Virus record (IMG/VR): IMGVR_UViG_3300021431_000104
From: an uncultured virus (IMG/VR IMGVR_UViG_3300021431_000104)
Taxonomy: Duplodnaviria; Heunggongvirae; Uroviricota; Caudoviricetes
Direction: 5' to 3' (one strand)
Length of the DNA stretch: 23,433 nt
Below the pieces are notes generated by a model, which did not search any database, was not told the DNA's origin, and was given only the letters and a program-made list of their open reading frames with translations. The position numbers and the translations under genes were made by a program. Each line of letters begins with the position of its first letter. The stretch's first letter is position 1. Positions 1 through 6,757 of this stretch are shown one piece after another.

Positions 1-1524
1 AGTTTTTATACATAGAGGCATTAATTTAAACATCCAATGTTTACCATTAATCACTCCCCATGGGTAGTGATAGGTATTAGTATGAGAGGGGTTCCTCCAA
101 CCCAGCCTTCCACTTGTTGGAGGGGTTCCAGTATGCCACATAAAGGTTAACTGTATGGGGTCAAGTAGGGTATTGCCTAATAAGTTACTAGTACTCTTAC
201 TAAGCCAAGACCCTGCAATATACCTATTATCTTCATCATCTCCATAGGGTTTAATATAGGAAGTTTCCATAACTGAGGGCATTTCTTTGTATATGCCGAA
301 TATAACGGGTTTACCAATATATTCATAGTATATTATAAAACCATCGGATTTAGTTGGCAAAGAGCTTACTATACCATCCCTTTGCCATAGTTTAGCTGGA
401 GCTCCTCTACCGGCATCTATAGAAGATCGGATCTTAAACTCTGGAGTATATATACAGTAGTGGCCATAAATGTCATCTTCAGTTTCTGGTAGAGTATGTT
501 CATATAATTCTGTAGTAGTTATATCTCCTATGTTATAACGACCTAAACCTTCACTACCTACATTACTAAAAGCAGTTAGTGGTACAGAGATTGAACTAAG
601 GTGATAATTAATGAAGCCCTCCTGTTGAGATATCTTTAAATAAAGTGGTTCAGCTCCGTGTATACCAGAACCTTTACCATCACTTATCTCATTAAAGGTT
701 ATAGTACCAGACCTACCACTAGTTAGATTATTAGGCTGAACTTTAGCCCATAGTATATAACTAAAGGAAGCATCTACTACATTGGGATTTAAGTAAACGT
801 TATTATCCCAATAATTTATAAACTCCTCCCAAGTGTCAAAATCAAAATAATTTCCATGAGTATGTTCTAAATCAGAGTATGTCCATATATGGTAATTTAA
901 CTTTGGTTCTGTTACCCAATCGGGTACTGCAGAAACGTCTGGTCTACAAGGTATTCTACTCTTATTACTTTCTGGAGTATCATCATCTGTTGGTACAACT
1001 CCGTCATATTCGATGTTCTTATAGTACATCTTAAACCATATAAGGTCAATTAGAGTTGTAGAGTTAATCTCTCTACCATAATGTTCTTTAGAAAAATCTC
1101 CAACAGTCTCCTCTAATCCTGCCAAAGTACTGTAGGGTTTACTAATAACCTCTCTTATATAAGTGTTACCACTAATGGTTTCAGTTTTACCACAACTAAA
1201 CCTTACATAAGCCGTATCCTGGACTTTTTTGGTTTCTTCTGAAACCCTAGTATCACCTATACTATATAGTGGAGCTATATAACTCCATGTATAAGAGCTA
1301 GGATCAGGGTCTTCACCTTCTTTACCTTTGTGGGTTAAGGATACGTTATAGATCTTAGTTAATAGATGTATAGAAGCTGAACCCTTAATAGGAGTATTAC
1401 TGTTATTCTTACTAGTAGGAAATACATTGATAGTTTGATTACCTTGTAGGTTATCTAATCTATCTCCTACCACTTCCTGACCGTCTATGACGGCTTTTAG
1501 TTTAAAATGAGATTCTTCTGCCAT
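1..1524 (-). CDS. Partial (>508 aa, runs off the window) virion/tail-associated protein with BACON-like Ig-fold domain(s); not in the supplied ORF track
   Basis: Manual translation from the ATG at 1524 (MAEESHFKLKAVIDG...) stays open to base 1. It contains SAVPDWV...AKVQPNNLTSGRSGTITF...LYLKISQQEG, matching the BACON pattern W...N..(R)..itf...Q. It starts 2 nt after the stop of the upstream gene. Confidence 0.75.
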   Translation of the reverse strand, partial: MAEESHFKLKAVIDGQEVVGDRLDNLQGNQTINVFPTSKNNSNTPIKGSASIHLLTKIYNVSLTHKGKEGEDPDPSSYTWSYIAPLYSIGDTRVSEETKKVQDTAYVRFSCGKTETISGNTYIREVISKPYSTLAGLEETVGDFSKEHYGREINSTTLIDLIWFKMYYKNIEYDGVVPTDDDTPESNKSRIPCRPDVSAVPDWVTEPKLNYHIWTYSDLEHTHGNYFDFDTWEEFINYWDNNVYLNPNVVDASFSYILWAKVQPNNLTSGRSGTITFNEISDGKGSGIHGAEPLYLKISQQEGFINYHLSSISVPLTAFSNVGSEGLGRYNIGDITTTELYEHTLPETEDDIYGHYCIYTPEFKIRSSIDAGRGAPAKLWQRDGIVSSLPTKSDGFIIYYEYIGKPVIFGIYKEMPSVMETSYIKPYGDDEDNRYIAGSWLSKSTSNLLGNTLLDPIQLTFMWHTGTPPTSGRLGWRNPSHTNTYHYPWGVINGKHWMFKLMPLCIKT

Positions 1525-1525
1525 A

Positions 1526-2119
1526 TCATTGGTATTTTTTTAGTTCTCGTCTAAGATTCGTTATTAGGTATTTCTTAAGCCTTTCTGTACCACCAACAGC
1601 ATTAAAAGAAGGTCTAAACAGGGGTCTAGGTGGAATGGTATTATGAAAAAGATTACTATCTCCTCCATCAGCTCCATCTCCATACTCCAATAATCTTGCT
1701 AGTTGTATTAGAGTAAGTTTAGACTTACGGGACCTTCCATACTTGTTTACTGGGTCTACCGCTTTCTCATTAGGGTTAGGTCCTACATAGTATCTACCTT
1801 GATAGTTTCTTAATTTTATACTATGTAGCATCTGACCTGATAGTTGCCAAAAGCCCTTTACATCGTATTTCTTAAGGTAGTCCTTAGAATGAGGTTTCCA
1901 GGATACTCCTCGGGGAGGTGTATTATACATAATACAACTCCTTATGTATTTTGCTAGCATTTTACCAAAATTAGTGCAAGCTTTATTATAAGCATTCATT
2001 TCTATCTCTGGTAACTCCCTCAAAAGTCTCTCTGCTAGCTTTTGTTTTTCGGGATTTAAGTAAACGGTATCTATACTTATTTCTGGGATAGAACCGATAG
2101 TAAATATGGATCTAGGCAT
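1526..2119 (-). CDS. Neck/tail-completion (virion morphogenesis, HK97-gp10-like) protein
   Basis: Basic 197-aa protein with LLEYG...IPPRPLFRP, a C-terminal motif typical of phage neck/morphogenesis proteins. It lies downstream of the head-completion genes. Confidence 0.6.
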   Translation of the reverse strand: MPRSIFTIGSIPEISIDTVYLNPEKQKLAERLLRELPEIEMNAYNKACTNFGKMLAKYIRSCIMYNTPPRGVSWKPHSKDYLKKYDVKGFWQLSGQMLHSIKLRNYQGRYYVGPNPNEKAVDPVNKYGRSRKSKLTLIQLARLLEYGDGADGGDSNLFHNTIPPRPLFRPSFNAVGGTERLKKYLITNLRRELKKYQ

Positions 2120-2498
2120 AAGCTAAGTATTTAATAAGATTCTGATATAGGATCATAGCAATATCTCCTGCTATAGTAGAAGCTAATTCACCGAAGGTTG
2201 GTAAATTATAATAGTTACAAATATCGTCTTGAAGATGGTTTATTTCGTGAACTAAGGTATTCACAAACTCCTCTTGAGAGTTAGTCCATCCAATACCCAT
2301 GATACTATATCTACCTTGAGTTAAAGTAAATCCAGAGTTCGGATTAACTATAGCTATAGCTACATCTTTAATACCCTCGTTACTACAACCATTCTCCCAT
2401 AACATAGGTAATACTATGTCTAAATCATTTACTGTTACATTGTATAGAATTGATAGTCTCCAGCTATAACGAGGTAGCTGGAGACTCTGAGCTATCAT
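2112..2498 (-). CDS. Small zincin-like metallopeptidase (HExxH)
   Basis: NTLVHEINHLQDD motif followed by a downstream E (GELAS), as in minimal gluzincins. It overlaps both neighbouring genes. Confidence 0.6.
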   Translation of the reverse strand: MIAQSLQLPRYSWRLSILYNVTVNDLDIVLPMLWENGCSNEGIKDVAIAIVNPNSGFTLTQGRYSIMGIGWTNSQEEFVNTLVHEINHLQDDICNYYNLPTFGELASTIAGDIAMILYQNLIKYLAYA

Positions 2499-2917
2499 GA
2501 TTGTTCAAGTATTTCTATCCAATCTATCTCTATACCGTTAACGGCCATAGCAGCTAGCCATTTTGCAAAGATAACTCCTTCTTTAGCATCTGGGTCATCT
2601 ATAGTATTTTTTATATACTTAGCTAGATGGAGTTCATCCTCTAAACAACCATTTTCCTCATCCATCATATCTGCCTTAGCCATATTAGCTACATAGACAT
2701 AGTCATAGAGGCGATTATTAGCTAACCTAATATTATGATTAGCTAAGATAGTGTCTACCTGTTCTTTGGTAAAAGGTTCTATAGGCTGTAACTCTTCATC
2801 GTCTAAGAACATATTACTAACTGCAAACTTACATAAAGCTTGGTTAAAGTGAGGTCCAAAGTGCATCATATAGATTCTCTGAGACCTTGGTAAAGTTTCG
2901 TATTGTGTAAGATTCAT
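2495..2917 (-). CDS. Hypothetical acidic helical protein of the accessory cassette (~140 aa)
   Basis: The ORF track starts at TTG 2950, inside a hairpin. The ATG at 2917 (MNLTQYE...), preceded by an A-rich leader, is the more plausible start. Motifs: YDYVYVANMAKAD and YIKNTIDDPD. Confidence 0.75.
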   Translation of the reverse strand: MNLTQYETLPRSQRIYMMHFGPHFNQALCKFAVSNMFLDDEELQPIEPFTKEQVDTILANHNIRLANNRLYDYVYVANMAKADMMDEENGCLEDELHLAKYIKNTIDDPDAKEGVIFAKWLAAMAVNGIEIDWIEILEQS

Positions 2918-2940
2918 TTTGTTTTTGATTTTAACAACAA

Positions 2941-2972
2941 TAAAGGGCAATAGAAGTTGCCCTCTATTGCCC
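2941..2972 (-). terminator. Intrinsic terminator/attenuator-like hairpin inside the cassette
   Basis: GGGCAATAGA (2945-2954) and TCTATTGCCC (2963-2972) form a 10-bp perfect stem with an 8-nt loop. A short U-rich tail follows on the minus strand. Confidence 0.55.
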
Positions 2973-2998
2973 GATAATAAAAGTAATAAGTGATTAGC

Positions 2999-3307
2999 TT
3001 ACCAGTTATATCTTTCGTTATATCCCCAGTCTTCATCCTCGGGACGAACTACATAACCTCGCATATGAGGAGGTACTTCCATAAAACCTCCCTGTCCGCC
3101 TCTCCTATTAGGTGACATAGTATAACTACCTCTACCTCTCATACGAGGGCTACGACGGAAACTCATCTCACTTTTCAGATTTTCACCTTTCTCTTTCTTT
3201 TCTGCCTTCTCCAAGCACTCTACCATATTACTAGCGAGTTCCTGGATACCTTCAGCCATATCTAAAAGCTTATCACGGTCTTCATCATAAATTTCATAGA
3301 TTTTCAT
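2999..3307 (-). CDS. Hypothetical protein: acidic N-terminal helix plus Arg/Gly/Tyr-rich disordered tail
   Basis: 102 aa; C-terminal half RRSPRMRGRGSY...RRGGQGG...RGY. Confidence 0.75.
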   Translation of the reverse strand: MKIYEIYDEDRDKLLDMAEGIQELASNMVECLEKAEKKEKGENLKSEMSFRRSPRMRGRGSYTMSPNRRGGQGGFMEVPPHMRGYVVRPEDEDWGYNERYNW

Positions 3308-3312
3308 ATCAA

Positions 3313-3855
3313 TCAGGATTGTTTAACACCATGACTTAGGTTACCTCCATTCTCAAGGATTATCTTTACCAAAGTGTTAACATTCTCAGTTAGAGTATCT
3401 ACTTTAGTATTAAGACTGTTAAACTGACTATCCCTTTCAGCTTCTTTAGCGAAATTAGGATTTAAACTCTTTAATATAGAATCTCCTGCTTGAATGACTT
3501 TATGATGATAGGATTCTGAGGCTATGATCTGTTTACTGTTCTGAATCATAACTTCCGTTTCTGATATCATATCAGCCCGGTTATCCGCTATAACGGTACC
3601 GTTGTTAAAATCTGCCAAGTTCAAATTAGCTGGTACTTGATTAAACTCTCTGATACCATCATCAAATTTTACTTTAAGATTAACCACCATTTCACTCATA
3701 TTGGGTAAACCTATGGTTACTCCCGGAGTAAAGGTTTGATGTTTAGGCTGAAGAGGGCTTACCTGCTCTACTTGACCGATCTTTAATACAGGTCCATTTT
3801 GACCAAGCTTATCTAAGAGATAAATAGGAGCTCCTTGTCGAATATTGGAAAACAT
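3313..3855 (-). CDS. Hypothetical protein: beta-rich N-terminal domain plus C-terminal coiled coil
   Basis: 180 aa, tightly packed in the operon. Heptad pattern FNSLNTKVDTLTENVNTLVKIIL. Confidence 0.8.
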   Translation of the reverse strand: MFSNIRQGAPIYLLDKLGQNGPVLKIGQVEQVSPLQPKHQTFTPGVTIGLPNMSEMVVNLKVKFDDGIREFNQVPANLNLADFNNGTVIADNRADMISETEVMIQNSKQIIASESYHHKVIQAGDSILKSLNPNFAKEAERDSQFNSLNTKVDTLTENVNTLVKIILENGGNLSHGVKQS

Positions 3856-3889
3856 AAATCTAAGTGATTTTTGTTAATACTCAGTTAAC

Positions 3890-4240
3890 TTATGAGTTAG
3901 TAGCTGTAGTAGCAGTTGGTGCATACGGAGCCATTAACTGTAAAGTCTTAGTAGACTTGTTATATTGTATGAGGTAAATACCGGTTTGATTTAAACTAGC
4001 TACTGTAATAGCTGCACCATTTAAACCTGTTAAAGGTAAAGTGCTACCATTTACAGATAGCAGTATGGGCAAAGTACCGGTTGCCTCAATGGCAGTACTA
4101 AGGCGAACCGATACATAACCCACAACGCTACGTCCTCTAAAAGTACCATTAGGCAGAGTAAGAGTAACGTTTTCTGTACCTACAGTAGTTTTTATAACAT
4201 CAACCCAACCCCTTCTCTGATTAATATTGATAGGAGTCAT
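3890..4240 (-). CDS. Small Thr/Val-rich beta-sandwich protein (adhesin or fibre-tip-like)
   Basis: 116 aa with alternating hydrophobic strands (VGYVSVRL, GIYLIQY, TLQLM) and few charged residues. Confidence 0.7.
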   Translation of the reverse strand: MTPININQRRGWVDVIKTTVGTENVTLTLPNGTFRGRSVVGYVSVRLSTAIEATGTLPILLSVNGSTLPLTGLNGAAITVASLNQTGIYLIQYNKSTKTLQLMAPYAPTATTATNS

Positions 4241-4251
4241 GTGGGTATAAG

Positions 4252-5229
4252 TTAACCGAAAAAACCATCATTACAACCGCAGCAGCCACCGTAGTAAGGG
4301 TTCTGCTGAACGGCTACTAGATTTGGATAAACTACAGGAACTGTATTAGGCTGTTTAGCAGCAATGCTATCTACCTTGTCGTCCAATGTCTGTATACGAG
4401 CATTTATAGGAGCGACCATAGAGTTAAGCATGATACCAAACTGCTTGTTTTGGTTCTCTTGAGAAAGCTGAGTGCGGAGATTGGTGTTCTCATCACGTGT
4501 ACGATCCAACTTATCCTGGAGATTCTGGGTCTGCATTTCACAAAGCTTATCCAGTATTCTCTGGTTATTGTTGTTATCGTTCGTAGTAATGGTATAAGTC
4601 TGCTGGCAAAGACCAAGTTCATCACGACCCTGGTTAATTGCCATCTGGTTCTGTATACCATTGAGACCTTGCTGGAGGGTTGCAACATGACCAGACATAG
4701 CCTGCTGCATCTGACAACAACACTGAGCAATCTGGTTACCCAGAGTACAAGTACCATTCTGGATAGAGTTGATGATCTGCATAGCATTCAGACCCTGATT
4801 GTTTGCTATCTGGTTGATAGCTGTCTGAATAGTCTGAACAGCACCATTTACAAGGTTAAAGTCCTGACCAAGCATAGTGCTCAAAGTCTGGATAGCCGTA
4901 CGAGCCTGTTCACCTTGTGAAACGATGGCATTCATCAAAAGTTCACGACCAGCATTGTTGTCGATTTGGTTAGAGAGGAATCCCGCTCCTGCATTGCCTC
5001 CATTCGCATTGCCTCCGAAGATGTTACCAAAACCTCCATTACTGAATAGGAGACCAAGCAGGAATCCCAGGATTCCTCCTCCCCAACCATTGCCTCCAAA
5101 AAGGCCATTATTGTTACCAAAACCTCCGCCCATAAAAGGCAAGATCCAAGCAGGTACATTACCTGCAGAATTCCCAGAACCACTGTCTGGGAATACCATT
5201 ACCCTAGAAGGGTTTTCAGAATAAGCCAT
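4252..5229 (-). CDS. Gly/Asn/Gln-rich membrane-anchored coiled-coil protein with CCC and C-terminal GCCGC motifs
   Basis: 325 aa. FG-rich N-terminus, hydrophobic segment GGGILGFLLGLLF, Q/N-rich helices, QCCCQ, coiled coil LQDKLDRTRDENTNLRTQLSQ, ending PYYGGCCGCNDGFFG. Confidence 0.9.
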   Translation of the reverse strand: MAYSENPSRVMVFPDSGSGNSAGNVPAWILPFMGGGFGNNNGLFGGNGWGGGILGFLLGLLFSNGGFGNIFGGNANGGNAGAGFLSNQIDNNAGRELLMNAIVSQGEQARTAIQTLSTMLGQDFNLVNGAVQTIQTAINQIANNQGLNAMQIINSIQNGTCTLGNQIAQCCCQMQQAMSGHVATLQQGLNGIQNQMAINQGRDELGLCQQTYTITTNDNNNNQRILDKLCEMQTQNLQDKLDRTRDENTNLRTQLSQENQNKQFGIMLNSMVAPINARIQTLDDKVDSIAAKQPNTVPVVYPNLVAVQQNPYYGGCCGCNDGFFG

Positions 5230-5360
5230 AAGTCTTAATTCGTTTTTAAAAGTTAATTAAATCAGTTACATATAAAATAAACAGTGATCTTGGGCCCTAA
5301 TCAAATATTTAAGTTATACATATATAATCTTCGTAGTATCGTGCTTACAATTTATCTCTT

Positions 5361-5440
5361 AAAAAATCCAGCAAACAGGTTAGCTAAAACATCAACCTCA
5401 AGAGAGTTTTGACATTTTCAATGAAACCCTATTTGCTGGA
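5361..5440 (-). terminator. Long hairpin with U-tail ending upstream transcription before the cassette
   Basis: TCCAGCAAA (5367-5375) pairs with TTTGCTGGA (5432-5440), with further imperfect inner pairing. The A6 run at 5361-5366 gives a U-tail on the minus strand. Confidence 0.55.
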
Positions 5441-5504
5441 GGTAGAAATTATTTTGCCTAGTTAGGTTTAATAATTCCTATTTTTCTTCGTAGATCACCT
5501 TATT

Positions 5505-5891
5505 TTATTCTACTTTACCATTTACCTTTTCAACCAGGTTAATAGCGATAGCAATAGCCTGATCTACATCGTAATCATTGTTTACAACTAAATCCTTAGC
5601 CATATCAAAGACTCTCTGGTTCTTAATACTAGGTACACCACTATTCTTGGTGAATTCTAATAGCTTTTCAAAAGGGTTCTTGTCATAGGTATTGACCTTA
5701 AAATCCAACTGGATATTAAGGTGTTCTCTTATATGTTCTTTACCCTTACTATCTATATAGGTAACCCAATCACGTTTTGTTCTTTTACCTTCAGCGTGTT
5801 TATGGAAAGCTACTATTTCTACTTCTTCACCTGTTTTCCTAATTACGTAATTACCAATAAGGTAACCAAGTGTACTTGAATCCTCTAACAT
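5505..5891 (-). CDS. Hypothetical protein (128 aa)
   Basis: ATG-initiated ORF co-oriented with its neighbours, with an A-rich leader. No recognisable motif. Confidence 0.75.
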   Translation of the reverse strand: MLEDSSTLGYLIGNYVIRKTGEEVEIVAFHKHAEGKRTKRDWVTYIDSKGKEHIREHLNIQLDFKVNTYDKNPFEKLLEFTKNSGVPSIKNQRVFDMAKDLVVNNDYDVDQAIAIAINLVEKVNGKVE

Positions 5892-5927
5892 AATTTAACT
5901 TGTTTTTAATAGTTGATAAATACTATT

Positions 5928-6187
5928 TTATATAACCTTGAATAAAGCTACTACGATAAAATACAAGGCAGTAGTAAAGGCAATAAATATGCCATATTCT
6001 ACAACATCCTCATATTCGAATCTAGTAGTCTGTTTCGTTTTATATTGGAATATTTCCCTTGCTACCATAAAAGCAAATACTAGAACACCACCAAATGCAA
6101 TAGTAGTAGCATTAAAACTAAATATAAGACCTAATGCAATAATAGCAATAATGGTAAGACTACTAAACCTTTTAATTCTCTTGTCAT
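5928..6187 (-). pseudogene. Frameshifted small multi-TM membrane-protein gene
   Basis: The ATG at 6187 gives MTRELKGLVVLPLLLLLH*. The -1 frame is open for ~87 codons (…LTIIAIIALGLIFSFNATTIAFGGVLVFAFMVAREIFQYKTKQTTRFEYEDVVEYGIFIAFTTALYFIVVALFKVI*, TAA at 5928-5930) and has no canonical start near its 5' end. Confidence 0.6.
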
Positions 6188-6190
6188 AAT

Positions 6191-6727
6191 TTATGGTTCT
6201 GCTATTTTATAAAGACTAACATGACATACAGCTGACCTGACAATATCGAAAGAGTTTGATAAAGTAACAATAGTTTCTAAACTTCCACCTTGAAGTATTT
6301 CTGGAGTCCGATATATCTCTGTTCCATCCATCATAAATATTACTTGTGTTTTGACTGTTCCAGTAACATTATCAGCTACAACTATATAATCTCCTGCTGG
6401 CATTGTATCTATATTTACACTTTCATACTTTGAAGAATATGTATGGTCAAATATCTTTTCTGCAAAACAAGCAGTATATATTTTATCCTCAGTGGCTACA
6501 ACTGTACGTGTTGAATTTGTATCTCCATCGTTCCATTTTCCAAATTTATAACCAGTATTAGGTGTAGCAGTTATTTCAACAGACCTATTAACAGAATAAA
6601 TTCCAGCACCTGTACAAACACCACCAGCTACAGGTTTTGCAACAACATCAATATGTACGCCGTCACCTGGGTGTTCAATAGCAGAATCATAAAAATTTGC
6701 ATTCTTAATAATTAACTTTTTTCCCAT
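6191..6727 (-). CDS. Virion-surface-type protein with InlB B-repeat/Flg_new_2-like domain
   Basis: GGVCTGAGIY...VEITATPNTGYKFGKWNDG...RTV...YTACF matches the divergent InlB B-repeat consensus. Confidence 0.7.
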   Translation of the reverse strand: MGKKLIIKNANFYDSAIEHPGDGVHIDVVAKPVAGGVCTGAGIYSVNRSVEITATPNTGYKFGKWNDGDTNSTRTVVATEDKIYTACFAEKIFDHTYSSKYESVNIDTMPAGDYIVVADNVTGTVKTQVIFMMDGTEIYRTPEILQGGSLETIVTLSNSFDIVRSAVCHVSLYKIAEP

Positions 6728-6757
6728 AATTTTTAATTTTAATATTTAACATTTAAT

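Noticed and set aside
4404..5224. Four alternative-frame/antisense ORFs overlapping the 325-aa gene
   Set aside because: Shadows of a GC-richer, codon-biased gene; non-protein-like composition and no expression signals.
5938..6189. Plus-strand 83-aa ORF in the track
   Set aside because: It is the antisense mirror of the minus-strand membrane-protein frame, which fits the operon direction.
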